Assembly (NCBI GenBank): GCA_045613985.1
Contig: JAZLCA010000019.1
Location: 28,345-92,344 of the forward strand
From: Eubacteriales bacterium
GTDB taxonomy: Bacteria > Bacillota > Clostridia > Oscillospirales > CAG-272
DNA length: 64,000 bases
Direction: 5' to 3'
The notes below the pieces were generated by a model that did no database searches, was not told the DNA's origin, and saw only the letters and a program-made list of their open reading frames with translations. Position 1 is the stretch's first letter; the number at the start of each line of letters is the position of its first letter. A program made the position numbers and the translations under genes. This document shows, in pieces, positions 9,262 to 20,060 of this stretch.

Positions 9262-10559
9262 TCAAAATAATGTCGAATCACCTGTCTTGCTTCAAAACGC
9301 AGACATTCAATATCAATCGAAGTATACTCGCCATTCTCGAAAAGTATACGTCCGTCGCACATGGTAAGTAATACATTGGAAGTATTGGCACTGTACGCGA
9401 GCGTAGTGGCAAGATCGTAGCAAGGAATATTATTGATGGCATTGAGGTCGATTAGAATCAGATCGGCCTTGGCACCGACGGCAAGTTGACCGCAATCCTC
9501 TCGTCCTTGCGCCAAGGCACCGTTGCGGGTGGCAAGAGCAGGAAGCTGGCAAGCACGGATATTCTCGGGATCACGATGTACCCCTTTGTGCAGAATAGCG
9601 GCCGTCTGTAATTCACGCAATACACTCAGTTGATTGTTCGAAGCAACGCCGTCCGTGCCCAGCGCAACGGTCAAACCTGCATCCAACATATCGCGAAGAC
9701 GCATTACACCGCTGCCCAATTTAAGGTTGCTAACAGGATTGTGCGCCAAAACGACTTGTTTTTCTTTCAGAATGGAAACATCCTCATCCGTTACGTACAC
9801 ACAATGAGCCAGTGTTGCAGGAACATCCAGAACCCCCATCGAAGCAAAGTATGCCGTAGGTGTCATTCCGTGACGTTCGATACACTGCTCATGCTCGGAT
9901 TGCGTCTCGGACAAGTGAAGCTGCATACGCAGCTGATTTTCTTTTGCGTATTCAGCAACGTAACGACAGCAAGCATCAACATTGGAATATTCCGCATGGA
10001 GCGACATATCAACCAGCAACCGACCGTTACCTGCTCCATGATATTGCTCCACCAAACGAAGGGCCTCAGCAAAGCGAGTATCTTGCTCACGCTTGATGTT
10101 GGGATCAAAAGAAACGATACTGCGTGCAATATTAGCCTTCACTCCTGCTTCAAGCACAGCCTCCGCCGTAGCATCCTGGAAAAAATACATATCGCTGAAG
10201 GATACGACACCGTTGCGAATCATCTCAGCAATGGCTAACTTGGCACCATAATAAACACGACGGAAATTCAGTCTGTCCTCGGCCGGAAGGATCTTTTCGT
10301 CTAACCAGCGGCGCAGAGGCAAATCTTCGCCATAACCGCGGAACAACGTCATAGCCGCATGGCAATGCGCGTTATAAAAGGCGGGCATAAGCAAATTCTC
10401 TTGACAATCGATCACGCGGTCAAAAGAATCCTCTGGCATATCCATACCGATGTGTGTGATTTTTTCATCCGTTACCGTGACGTTTACCGTATCTTCTTTG
10501 CGGCAGCCTGCGGGCATAGCCTCAGGAAAAATGCGGGCATTTTTAAAAAGTATTTTCAT
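9258..10559 (-). CDS. Amidohydrolase, MTA/SAH deaminase (MtaD-like)
   Basis: NAHCHAAMTLFRG, HLSET, HNPVSNLKLGSG and GTDG motifs. Confidence 0.85.
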   Translation of the reverse strand: MKILFKNARIFPEAMPAGCRKEDTVNVTVTDEKITHIGMDMPEDSFDRVIDCQENLLMPAFYNAHCHAAMTLFRGYGEDLPLRRWLDEKILPAEDRLNFRRVYYGAKLAIAEMIRNGVVSFSDMYFFQDATAEAVLEAGVKANIARSIVSFDPNIKREQDTRFAEALRLVEQYHGAGNGRLLVDMSLHAEYSNVDACCRYVAEYAKENQLRMQLHLSETQSEHEQCIERHGMTPTAYFASMGVLDVPATLAHCVYVTDEDVSILKEKQVVLAHNPVSNLKLGSGVMRLRDMLDAGLTVALGTDGVASNNQLSVLRELQTAAILHKGVHRDPENIRACQLPALATRNGALAQGREDCGQLAVGAKADLILIDLNAINNIPCYDLATTLAYSANTSNVLLTMCDGRILFENGEYTSIDIECLRFEARQVIRHYFD

Positions 10560-10587
10560 ATTTCAAATATCCTTTCGTCGGGTACAT

Positions 10588-11529
10588 TCAGTTTGGATTC
10601 AGAGGTACAAATTCCCGATACAATGCATGAGGTGGGAGAATTCCGGCAGACAACGGCTGCACACCTGCAATGTCGCTTAGAATTGTTTCTGCGTGCGGAC
10701 GATATATGCTTGACGGAGGCAATTGACCAAGGATCTTCTCCAAATGAGGCTTGAGCATACCGATTTCATAGCCCATCAATGAATCCAATTGCTCATCGCA
10801 GGCATCTACATACGGGAAAATGCTGTTTTCTTCGTTCTCTCTTACGCTATCCCAAGCAAAAAAGGTAAACGCTGCCTCTGTAGATCGGAAGTAATAATCT
10901 CTCACCAATCGTCGCAACAGCCTTATTTCGTTCGGCTCGTACAAGCTACCTCCAACTCGGAGTGTCTGGGCGGGACGAATAAAGATGCTTCGATAGTCAT
11001 ATTGGCACAGAAGCTCATTGATTTCGGGATAGACCACCTGAATACCTTCAATCAAAAAGACATCTTCTTTGCCAGGAGCGTTCAACTCCACAAACCCCTC
11101 ACGTACCCCCGCACCGATGTTAAAACGAGGCATCATGGCGCAGCCGGTTGTCATCAATGTATCCATAAATTTGGAAAACAATTCAAAATCCAACGCATCA
11201 ATGGAATCAAAGTCCAATTTTTTTGCGCCATCGGGATCGTTCATCAAATCCCTGCCATGTGGTTGTTCACGAAAAAAATCGTCCACCGAGATAATATGCA
11301 CACGCCGTCCTGCACGTTGCAATTGATCGGTAATGATGGCAGCCGCCGTGGTTTTTCCGGCACACGTAGGCCCTGACAATCCAATCAAATGAAGTTCCGG
11401 ATGCGAGATCAATCGGTTCGTCAAGGCAACAACTTGTCGACGAAAGCCTTCTTCGCACTCCGCGATATAACGCGCAGCTGCTTCTGTATCGGCAAAGCAA
11501 TGAGGTGCATTTTTGATGGTCATGAGCAA
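10588..11529 (-). CDS. Uridine kinase-family nucleoside kinase
   Basis: P-loop GPTCAGKTT, SVDDFF, EGI and RLLRRLVRD motifs. Confidence 0.8.
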   Translation of the reverse strand: MLMTIKNAPHCFADTEAAARYIAECEEGFRRQVVALTNRLISHPELHLIGLSGPTCAGKTTAAAIITDQLQRAGRRVHIISVDDFFREQPHGRDLMNDPDGAKKLDFDSIDALDFELFSKFMDTLMTTGCAMMPRFNIGAGVREGFVELNAPGKEDVFLIEGIQVVYPEINELLCQYDYRSIFIRPAQTLRVGGSLYEPNEIRLLRRLVRDYYFRSTEAAFTFFAWDSVRENEENSIFPYVDACDEQLDSLMGYEIGMLKPHLEKILGQLPPSSIYRPHAETILSDIAGVQPLSAGILPPHALYREFVPLNPN

Positions 11530-11535
11530 GCCTCC

Positions 11536-13029
11536 TTATCCGAGGAGACCGCGCTCCTCATAAAATTTTTCGATAAATGCGATTTTCTCGTCAAATGCAT
11601 GATCTCTCAGATACTCATACGGATACTTATGATTAAAATAGCGATCGATCATGGGCGGCTTGCCGGGCTCAGGACAATAATCAACAACCTTGCTGACAGC
11701 ACCTGCACCTGCCGCAAAAATCGAATGGTATTCTTCCATCATGTAAATATTGTATTTTCCTTCGGTTCCGGGAAGCGCAAACCCGACGTTCTCAAAGTTG
11801 CCGACCGTATTCTTCTGACGATACATATAGTAAGGAATATACCCTCTCTTGGGAGCGCGGATCTGGGTATAGTCCACACACTTACCGGCATCGCCGCCTT
11901 GACGAGAATAGACGTCACTCTGCTGAACGATATCCGCGGCCTTTTTCACACAGAAGGTATGTACCGTAATATTTTCCGGATTAAGATCCAAAATCTTATC
12001 AAAGGAACGGGCAAACGTTGTGAAACGATCCCCGGGCAGACCGACAATCAGGTCGGTGTTGATACATTGTATGCCGGAAGCACGCGCAACGTCAAAAGCT
12101 CGCAGGAAATCATCCGAGTTATGATCTCTACCAATTCGCTGTAATACATCGTTACAAAGCGTTTGGGGATTGACGCTCACACGGGTAATACCGTATTCCT
12201 TTGCCACGGCAAATTTCTCCGCCGTAATCGTATCGGGACGTCCCGATTCCAACGTATACTCTTCCAGTTGAGACACGTCACATCCTTCGGCAACCGTAGA
12301 CAAAAGCAATCGCAATTGATCCGGTTCCAGAATGGTGGGCGTCCCTCCACCGATGTATACCGTTTTCAGATTCAGTTTGAGCTTATGAATCTCATCCAAG
12401 AGACGCTTGATATCGGCCGTCAAAACGGTAAGATATTCGGGAATGAGTGACAGCAGCCGAGGAGAAGTATAAGAAACAAAAGAACAGTAGGAACAACGCG
12501 TCGGGCAAAACGGAATCGAAATATACATACTGCAATCCCGCTTATCCGGTGTTCCCACCAATGCACGCTCCGTCAGAGCAACCTCAGTCGCCAATGCGGC
12601 CTTTTTGGGAATAGCAAAATAATCCTTAACCAGCGTACGACGTACTTCCTGAGGAGTTTTTCCTTTAGCCAGAAGATCCATCGCCATCTTGGCAGGACGG
12701 ACACCGGTGATAATCCCCCATGCCGGACGATAGCCAAGCAATTTTCCACCTGCGGCAATAATAGCAGCACCAACTGCCAGCTTGGCCGTTTTTTCTTTGG
12801 TGCGATCTGTCCGGAACGGAGTAAATTGCTCTCCGTCAGCACTTTTACCATCAGCAGACATCGTAGCAAAGGCATGACACCCGTCTTCATTTTCGGTCAC
12901 ACGCAAATAAAGCGAAGGCTCTCCCTCCAATTCTTGCGTCTGAACCTTAAAATTCGTTCCAGGAAAAAAAATCATACACAGCATTTGTACGTAATAGCTG
13001 TTAATCTTTCCTTCAATTTGTACTTTCAT
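11536..13029 (-). CDS. hemZ: HemZ-type radical SAM protein (coproporphyrinogen dehydrogenase-like)
   Basis: WGIITGVRP, CPTRCSYC, YIGGGTPT, GRPDTIT and PYYMYRQKN motifs. Confidence 0.9.
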   Translation of the reverse strand: MKVQIEGKINSYYVQMLCMIFFPGTNFKVQTQELEGEPSLYLRVTENEDGCHAFATMSADGKSADGEQFTPFRTDRTKEKTAKLAVGAAIIAAGGKLLGYRPAWGIITGVRPAKMAMDLLAKGKTPQEVRRTLVKDYFAIPKKAALATEVALTERALVGTPDKRDCSMYISIPFCPTRCSYCSFVSYTSPRLLSLIPEYLTVLTADIKRLLDEIHKLKLNLKTVYIGGGTPTILEPDQLRLLLSTVAEGCDVSQLEEYTLESGRPDTITAEKFAVAKEYGITRVSVNPQTLCNDVLQRIGRDHNSDDFLRAFDVARASGIQCINTDLIVGLPGDRFTTFARSFDKILDLNPENITVHTFCVKKAADIVQQSDVYSRQGGDAGKCVDYTQIRAPKRGYIPYYMYRQKNTVGNFENVGFALPGTEGKYNIYMMEEYHSIFAAGAGAVSKVVDYCPEPGKPPMIDRYFNHKYPYEYLRDHAFDEKIAFIEKFYEERGLLG

Positions 13030-13071
13030 AAGACAGTCTCCAGCCTTTCCTTTTGCAAATAGGATAAACGT

Positions 13072-13524
13072 TTATTTTTTGTAATCCGCCGAATTCATAA
13101 TGATAGTCACAGGACCATCGTTGAGGAGTGACACCTCCATGTGCGCTCCAAACACACCGGATTCTACGGGGATGTTTTCCGCGCGGATCATATCAATAAA
13201 CTTTTCATATAGTTCGTTCGCGTGGGCAGGACTTCCCGCTCCGATAAAACTTGGACGGTTGCCATGAGAGGTGTCCGCCAACAGGGTAAATTGAGAAATG
13301 ATCAGCATTTCGCCCCCGATATCTCGAACAGAGAGATTCATTTTATCGTTTTCATCTCTGAAAATGCGAAGTTTGACCAGTTTTTGAGCAAGTGCGCGGG
13401 CATCCGCCTCCGTGTCTTCACCGGCAACGCCCAACAATACCATCAAACCGTGGCCACATTTACCGACCACTTTTTCATCAACAACTACCTGCGCGTGGGC
13501 GACGCGCTGTACAACAGCAACCAT
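13072..13524 (-). CDS. dtd: D-aminoacyl-tRNA deacylase
   Basis: VVQRV, SQFTL, GNRPSF and NDGPVT motifs. Confidence 0.96.
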   Translation of the reverse strand: MVAVVQRVAHAQVVVDEKVVGKCGHGLMVLLGVAGEDTEADARALAQKLVKLRIFRDENDKMNLSVRDIGGEMLIISQFTLLADTSHGNRPSFIGAGSPAHANELYEKFIDMIRAENIPVESGVFGAHMEVSLLNDGPVTIIMNSADYKK

Positions 13525-13553
13525 ATGAACTCCTTTGGAAATATGTAAATATG

Positions 13554-15797
13554 TTATGTAGCAAAACCGCGAACAACGTCCAGAACACCGGAAAGGCTCT
13601 TGAGGCGAGAAACGATCGAATCGTAATGCTCTGTGTTCTTACAGCTAACCTTCATCGAAAGTGTAGCCGTATCGTCAGCACGAGACACACAATTGACCTG
13701 CAAAATAGACACCTTCATCTCAGCCAATGCCGTTGTAACGTCGGCAAGCATACCGATTCTGTTCTCGGTATGGATTTGGAGATGAGCCTCGTAAAGATCT
13801 TTACCCGACATATTGGAGCCGCGCTCCCAATCCGCCGTAATCCAGCGTCCCTCGTTTTCGGGTTTATTCAGTCCGTCCATGACATTGGGACAGTCTCTCT
13901 TATGGACAGAAACGCCGTATCCCTTGGTAATAAATCCGATGATGTTGTCACCCGGCAAGGGATTACAGCACTTTGCAAATTTGACCTGACAACCACTCTC
14001 ACCATCGATGATAATACCGCTGTTGGACCGCAGGTTCTTAGGTTTGGTAGAGGCGGCGGCACTTTCGTTGGTCGCTTTGGCCTGTGCTTCGTTATCCAGC
14101 GGTTCAACCGTTTCACGGGCACGGAAGGTGCGAACATATTCGTCGTGCAACTTGATCGCTATTTTGGAGATTGCCATACCGCCGTAGCCAATCGTGTTGT
14201 ACAAATCGTCAGCGGTGGCAAATCCAGCCTTTTTCGCGATGCCGTTGACAACCTCTGCCATTTCGGTCTCGGTCAGCGAACGGGCATACTTCTTCATTTC
14301 GGCATCGATAATATTCTTGCCGGCCGCAACGTTTTCTACTCGCGTTTCTTTCTTGAACCACTGGCGGATCTTATTGCGAGCTTCGCTTGTGCGAACGATA
14401 TTAAGCCAATCGCGGCTGGGGCCCTTACTGTTAGATGCCGTAATAATTTCAACGATCTCGCCATTTTCTGGACAACGATCAATCGGAACGATCATGCCGT
14501 TGATCTTCGCGCCAATCATCTTGTTACCAACAGCCGAATGAATAGAATAAGCGAAGTCAATGACAGTCGCCCCCTGCGGCAAAGCAATAACGTCACCCTT
14601 AGGTGTGAAAACAAACACTTCGTCCTGGAAGATATCTGTTTTCAAAGCATGCAAAAATTCGTCGGGGTCACGGGTGCCGTCCTCAGTTTCGATCAAACGA
14701 GCGATCCATTCCAGCTTCTTATTCATTTCCTCGCGAGAGGATGCACCTGATTTATACTTCCAGTGCGCCGCCATACCGTATTCAGCAAACTGATGCATCT
14801 CCCATGTACGGATCTGAACCTCGAAGGGAATACCGTCATGACCGATAACGGTGGTGTGCAAGGAACGGTACATATTGGGTTTGGGCGTTGAAATATAATC
14901 TTTAAAACGACCCGGGATGGACTTGAACATCTCGTGAATGTAGCCCAATACGGAATAGCATTCTGCTTCGTTTTCTACAATAACACGCAACGCGTAAAAA
15001 TCGTAGATCTCATCGAAACTCTTATTCTGGTTGTACATCTTTCGATATACCGAATAGACGGATTTGATACGCCCTTCCAATTCAAAATGAATATGGTTTT
15101 CTTTGAGCTTTTCTACCACCATGTGTCGGACGTTTTCAATGAAATCAACGTTCTGGCCGTATTTCTTTTCAATATCGTCCTTGACCTCGGTATAGCCAAT
15201 GGGATCAAGGTAGGAAAGGCTGAGATTTTCCAATTCCAACTTGAGCTTATGAATGCCGAGACGATGCGCTAAGGGAGCATAGACCTGCATGGTCTCAAGA
15301 GCCGTCAAACGGCGCTTGTTATCCGGCTTGGCATCCAACGTTCTCATGTTGTGCAGACGGTCGCAAAGCTTGATGAAAATGACGCGGACGTCATGCGACA
15401 TAGCAAGCAGCATTTTGCGCAAATTCTCTATGTGCGCTTCTTCCTTATCGTCCACCTGAAGCATGACGATTTTGGTCAAGCCGTCTACAAGCAAGGCTAC
15501 ATCTTTACCAAACTTCTTCTCTATCTCTTTGAGATTGGTTTTTTCTGCACAGTCTTCCACTGTGTCGTGAAGCAGAGCGGCACAAATGGAGTCCGTGTCC
15601 AACTCCAAACTTCCCACAATTTCAGCCACCGCAATAGGATGCGAAATATAAGCCTCACCGCTGGCGCGGCTCTGACCTTCGTGCAAAGCATTGGCATATT
15701 CAAATGCTCGTTGTATTTTTTCGGTATCATAATTTTTGCCGGTCGCGGCAAGCATTACAAGCAACCGTGAAATGTCAGTATGTATTGGACTGGCCAT
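13554..15797 (-). CDS. relA: Bifunctional (p)ppGpp synthetase/hydrolase Rel
   Basis: HD hydrolase LLHDTVED; synthetase GRIKS...FKDYI..PKPNMYRSLHT; TGS, CC and ACT domains. Confidence 0.96.
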   Translation of the reverse strand: MASPIHTDISRLLVMLAATGKNYDTEKIQRAFEYANALHEGQSRASGEAYISHPIAVAEIVGSLELDTDSICAALLHDTVEDCAEKTNLKEIEKKFGKDVALLVDGLTKIVMLQVDDKEEAHIENLRKMLLAMSHDVRVIFIKLCDRLHNMRTLDAKPDNKRRLTALETMQVYAPLAHRLGIHKLKLELENLSLSYLDPIGYTEVKDDIEKKYGQNVDFIENVRHMVVEKLKENHIHFELEGRIKSVYSVYRKMYNQNKSFDEIYDFYALRVIVENEAECYSVLGYIHEMFKSIPGRFKDYISTPKPNMYRSLHTTVIGHDGIPFEVQIRTWEMHQFAEYGMAAHWKYKSGASSREEMNKKLEWIARLIETEDGTRDPDEFLHALKTDIFQDEVFVFTPKGDVIALPQGATVIDFAYSIHSAVGNKMIGAKINGMIVPIDRCPENGEIVEIITASNSKGPSRDWLNIVRTSEARNKIRQWFKKETRVENVAAGKNIIDAEMKKYARSLTETEMAEVVNGIAKKAGFATADDLYNTIGYGGMAISKIAIKLHDEYVRTFRARETVEPLDNEAQAKATNESAAASTKPKNLRSNSGIIIDGESGCQVKFAKCCNPLPGDNIIGFITKGYGVSVHKRDCPNVMDGLNKPENEGRWITADWERGSNMSGKDLYEAHLQIHTENRIGMLADVTTALAEMKVSILQVNCVSRADDTATLSMKVSCKNTEHYDSIVSRLKSLSGVLDVVRGFAT

Positions 15798-15847
15798 ACC
15801 TAACTTCCCTTTCCGTCGCGCTGATGCGCGACACCCTTAAAACGTGA

Positions 15848-18082
15848 TTATTTTTTCCGACACTGGCTCTTGAGTTTCTTCAAAATGGATGACTTATCGA
15901 TTGAACTCTTGGTCGGAGAAAAATAAATATCGAAAATATAGTATCCTTCATCCGGTTCCGTAACACCGCAAATCTGCAGCTCCTGGAGCACGCGGATAAC
16001 GTACTTCAACTTAATATAGTTAATTGTCCCTGGGTACTCGCTTTCCAACACCATCAGCAGTTCGTGATCCGAAAAGGTCGTATTTCCCTGACGGAATTCG
16101 CGGCGTAAGAACGTATAGACACGAGCAAAGTCCTCTCGCGTAGGGATATAAGTTTCTTCATGCTCCTCGAGCATAGCGCCTGCGCGGATCTCTTCATAGC
16201 GGTCGCGCAATTTCTTTTGCTCGGCAACATACGTTTCGCTCTTACGGATATCCTGTATGATCATCTGCAAACTGCGCTCATTTTGAAACTCGTTGATATT
16301 TAACTGGAACAAAACATCCACACGCTCGCCTGCGGCGATATGAAGCTGGACGGGTGAAATACCGAAATAAACCGCGTAGATTGAAAAATCGCCTTTGGTC
16401 AAAAGCAACTTTGTATGCTTGCCGCCTCCCATTGCGACTACGCGCTGAAGAGTCATGTCACGGGCGATAAATTGAGGTACGGGGTTTGCAACGCCAAACG
16501 GCTCCATGCGTTCCAATTCCTCAACCAATCTCATGGTCATGTCCTGCGTCTGCAATTCACACTCGGCATTGAGCTGAACCACCAGTTGCTCCTCTCCCAA
16601 CTGAGCGCGGGCAACCTCATTGATACGACGGCGGAATCGCTCAATATTTCCGCGAGCAATAGACATTCCCGCAGCTAATTCATGCCCACCGTAGCGCAAC
16701 AAGAGATCATCGCAAGCCATTAGAGATTCCACAAGATTCATTCCCTTGATACTGCGTCCCGATCCCTTGCCAATGTCGTTAGAGCAAGGAATATCGTTCT
16801 GAATCGAGCCATCAAAGGAAATCAGGATAGAAGGCAATCCATAGCGCTCGGTCACGCGGGAAGAAACGATACCTACGATGCCCTGCGGCCAGTGATCGCC
16901 ATCCAAAACAATAATACGATCGTTTTCAAAATCTACCGTTTGCTCGATCATTTGATAGGCCTGCTCCGCGACTCGGTTCTCTTCTACCTGGCGACGGACG
17001 TTGATCTCGCAAAGCTCGCGGGCCAACTCTCTTGCTTGCTCCTCAGTATCTGCCAGTAAAAGCTCCACCGCTTTGGAGGCAGTGCTGATGCGACCTGCGG
17101 CATTGATTCTGGGTGCAAGACCAAACCCGACAAAACCGGAATTGATGCGCTTTTTGCGTTGCTGTGCGAGCTCGTCCGGTGTCAGAGGAATCTGGTATCC
17201 CCCCCGCATACGGGTGGAAGGCAGAGCAGCATCAATCAGCGCCGATAGTCCCAGACGCTTGGTGTGAGCAATCATATGAAGACCGTAGGAAACAATAATA
17301 CGGTTCTCGTCGACGATAGGCATGACGTCAGCAATCGTGCCCAATGCCACAAGGTCGGCATACTCGGAGCACACGCGATGCGCGCCCTCGATCATGGCCC
17401 GTCCGCGCTCTTTGCACTCGGTCATTTCGTATGCGCAAAGCAGTTTAAATACGACACCTACACCTGCCAGATCTTTGAATGGATATTCGCAATCGGGGCG
17501 ATGAGGATTGACAACGGCGGCTGCCTCGGGCAGCTCCGCATGACATTCGTGATGGTCGGTGATAACCATATCAATACCGCGCTCCGTTGCATGACGAACC
17601 TCATCAATCGCAGTAATGCCGGTATCGACGGTGATAATCAATTTGACTCCGCGCTCGTCTGCCAACATATCGATAGCCGAGGTCGTCAAACCGTACCCGT
17701 CACGGATACGACTGGGAATATAGTAGCCCACGTCGGCGCCGCGCTCGGACAAAAACAGGTACAGTACGCTTACTGCTGTAACACCGTCGACGTCATAGTC
17801 ACCGTAAATGGCAATTCGTTCTTTATTTTCAATCGCCTGGCGAATACGGGCGACGGCACGATCCACGTCTTTGAGCAAAAAGGGATCGTGCATTTTTTCT
17901 TCGCTCTGCTCCAAAAAAGCTTTGGCACTGACAGCATCGCAGCATCCGCGGTTATATAACACCTGTGCCGTACGGCGCGTCAGGCCAAGACTGGATGCAA
18001 TATCGCCAATCGCTGCCTCAGAGGCATCATTCGGCGAATATCGCTCCACCCAAACTTTATTTCTCTTAATCTTACTATCCAT
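15848..18082 (-). CDS. recJ: Single-stranded-DNA exonuclease RecJ
   Basis: YGDYDVDG, TVDTG, TDHH, PRINAAGR, GSGRS and GGHELAAG motifs; start placed at MDSKIK. Confidence 0.95.
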   Translation of the reverse strand: MDSKIKRNKVWVERYSPNDASEAAIGDIASSLGLTRRTAQVLYNRGCCDAVSAKAFLEQSEEKMHDPFLLKDVDRAVARIRQAIENKERIAIYGDYDVDGVTAVSVLYLFLSERGADVGYYIPSRIRDGYGLTTSAIDMLADERGVKLIITVDTGITAIDEVRHATERGIDMVITDHHECHAELPEAAAVVNPHRPDCEYPFKDLAGVGVVFKLLCAYEMTECKERGRAMIEGAHRVCSEYADLVALGTIADVMPIVDENRIIVSYGLHMIAHTKRLGLSALIDAALPSTRMRGGYQIPLTPDELAQQRKKRINSGFVGFGLAPRINAAGRISTASKAVELLLADTEEQARELARELCEINVRRQVEENRVAEQAYQMIEQTVDFENDRIIVLDGDHWPQGIVGIVSSRVTERYGLPSILISFDGSIQNDIPCSNDIGKGSGRSIKGMNLVESLMACDDLLLRYGGHELAAGMSIARGNIERFRRRINEVARAQLGEEQLVVQLNAECELQTQDMTMRLVEELERMEPFGVANPVPQFIARDMTLQRVVAMGGGKHTKLLLTKGDFSIYAVYFGISPVQLHIAAGERVDVLFQLNINEFQNERSLQMIIQDIRKSETYVAEQKKLRDRYEEIRAGAMLEEHEETYIPTREDFARVYTFLRREFRQGNTTFSDHELLMVLESEYPGTINYIKLKYVIRVLQELQICGVTEPDEGYYIFDIYFSPTKSSIDKSSILKKLKSQCRKK

Positions 18083-18160
18083 GAAAATCCTCGTATATAT
18101 CGTACAAGGGCGCCCAAAAAGCAACGCCTTGATTCTATTCAATCAATGATAAACTGTGAT

Positions 18161-19804
18161 TCATTCGGTCCAAGCACCATACTTTGCCATGATAGCCTGA
18201 GCTATTCTCAATCCGTCAACTGCCGCGCTGGTAATACCTCCGGCATATCCCGCACCTTCGCCGCAGGGATAGACACACTCATGTCCTAAAGCAGTAAAAT
18301 TTTCTCCGCGCAAAATGCGAACGGGAGCGGACGTGCGGGTTTCAGGTGCGGTTAAAATTGCATCCGGAACGGCAAAGCCCGCGATTTTACGATCAAAAGA
18401 TGCAAGACCATAACGCAGAGATTGTATTACCCCCTGCGGCAATACGCGGCTCAAATTTGCGACGCGGACGTGCTCACCGTTTCTGTAGGTCGGTAAAACG
18501 CGGGATGGCTCGTGCTTAACCACATCTTGCATAAAGTCTCCGAGTGTCTGTATAGGTGCGCAGTAATTATTTCCACCGACAGCAAACGCCGCCTGTTCGA
18601 TGTTTCTTTGATAAGCAATCGCGCCAAGTGCGGCATTGCCATCGACAGTTCCATATTCGTGAGGATCCACCGATACAGCTACAGCACAGTTGGCATTTTT
18701 GCCATCGCGGGCGTGGTAACTCATACCGTTCACCACTACGCCCCCTTCCTCGGAGGCCGCCGCTACTACTTGTCCGCCCGGACACATGCAAAACGTATAA
18801 ACGCCGCGATCACCTTTCGTATCTGAAAGAGTATATTCTGCCGGTCCCAGAGCTGGATGACCTGCATATTTTCCGTACAGAGCACGATCGATATCCTCTT
18901 GCAGATGCTCAATACGAACTCCCACCGACATAGGCTTCGGTTCAATAGCAAATTGCTGCTCGATCAGCATACGATAAGTATCTCTCGCGCTGTGTCCCAA
19001 GGCCAAAACCAAGGCTCCGCAAACAAAATCGCCACGATTTGTTCTAACCGTTACGGTGCCGTCTCTGTTTTCCGTAAGCGCATCCATGCGAGTGCGATAG
19101 TGGACTTGTCCGCCGCACTCCTCGATACGAGCAAGGATACGATCAACCACGTTTCTTAACACATCGGTGCCGATATGGGGCTTGGCCTTTGTCAAAATAT
19201 CTTCCGGTGCGCCAAACTCGTGTAACCGTTCGAGAACATAACCGCAACGAGCATCGCTGATGCGAGTAACCAGTTTTCCATCGGAAAAGGTCCCTGCTCC
19301 GCCTGCACCGAATTGAACGTTACTGTCCGTATCAAGAATACCGTTATTGGAAAAATGCTCCACCGCGCGAACACGATCAGCAACACAATCTCCACGGTCA
19401 ATTAAAATAGGAGAATAACCGTTTTCTGCAAGCAACAGCGCGCAAAACAACCCTGCAGGTCCCATCCCGACGACCAAAGGGCGTTGCTTCATAAGGGCAG
19501 TTCCCTTGGTCAAATTGAGCATTTCTTTCTTGGATACACGAATTCCAGGCAGGTCGGAAATGCGGGCAACCAAGGCATCCGACAACGGCTCGGTTGGTTG
19601 GGCAAGCACCGTGCAGACCAATCGAACGGCATCTTGCTTGCGTGCGTCAACCGACTTTTTATACAAACGGAAATGAAGCGAGGAAACCGGAATACCGGCC
19701 CGCTTCATCACCCTTTTCGCTAGTTCTGTAATTTGATGCTCTGGGGCATCCGGCGACACACGAATGTCGCCGATCAGTATATTCAGCTGATGATCCATCG
19801 ACAT
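18161..19804 (-). CDS. FAD-dependent oxidoreductase (conserved uncharacterised family)
   Basis: VVGMGPAG Rossmann motif, GAGTFSDGKL, TFCMCPGG, ETRTSAP and GEGAGYAGGITSAAVDG. Confidence 0.88.
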   Translation of the reverse strand: MSMDHQLNILIGDIRVSPDAPEHQITELAKRVMKRAGIPVSSLHFRLYKKSVDARKQDAVRLVCTVLAQPTEPLSDALVARISDLPGIRVSKKEMLNLTKGTALMKQRPLVVGMGPAGLFCALLLAENGYSPILIDRGDCVADRVRAVEHFSNNGILDTDSNVQFGAGGAGTFSDGKLVTRISDARCGYVLERLHEFGAPEDILTKAKPHIGTDVLRNVVDRILARIEECGGQVHYRTRMDALTENRDGTVTVRTNRGDFVCGALVLALGHSARDTYRMLIEQQFAIEPKPMSVGVRIEHLQEDIDRALYGKYAGHPALGPAEYTLSDTKGDRGVYTFCMCPGGQVVAAASEEGGVVVNGMSYHARDGKNANCAVAVSVDPHEYGTVDGNAALGAIAYQRNIEQAAFAVGGNNYCAPIQTLGDFMQDVVKHEPSRVLPTYRNGEHVRVANLSRVLPQGVIQSLRYGLASFDRKIAGFAVPDAILTAPETRTSAPVRILRGENFTALGHECVYPCGEGAGYAGGITSAAVDGLRIAQAIMAKYGAWTE

Positions 19805-19837
19805 ATGCGTCCTCCGTCGAAGTTGTTTATTGCGAAG

Positions 19838-20050
19838 TTATCCAGCTTGCTCCTGCGCAGGCTTTTCCGGCTCCTGGTGATCCGGCAATTGGCTGCTTTG
19901 GTTGATGGCTCCTGAAATGAGCCAAATCAAAAATGCCAGCACTAAACTGACAAGCTTGAGTTTCCAGTAGCTGTGTCTCTTTTGTCTGTTGACGATCACC
20001 TCTTCGCGGTTGTGATCGACGTATAAAATTTCAAAATTGGTGTTTTTCAT
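19838..20050 (-). CDS. Small single-TM protein in the cdaR position (CdaR N-terminus-like, no YbbR domains)
   Basis: AAGGAGG RBS directly after the cdaA stop; KLVSLVLAFLIWL helix resembles the CdaR/YbbR TM segment; 70 aa. Confidence 0.55.
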   Translation of the reverse strand: MKNTNFEILYVDHNREEVIVNRQKRHSYWKLKLVSLVLAFLIWLISGAINQSSQLPDHQEPEKPAQEQAG

Positions 20051-20060
20051 GTTGGCCTCC

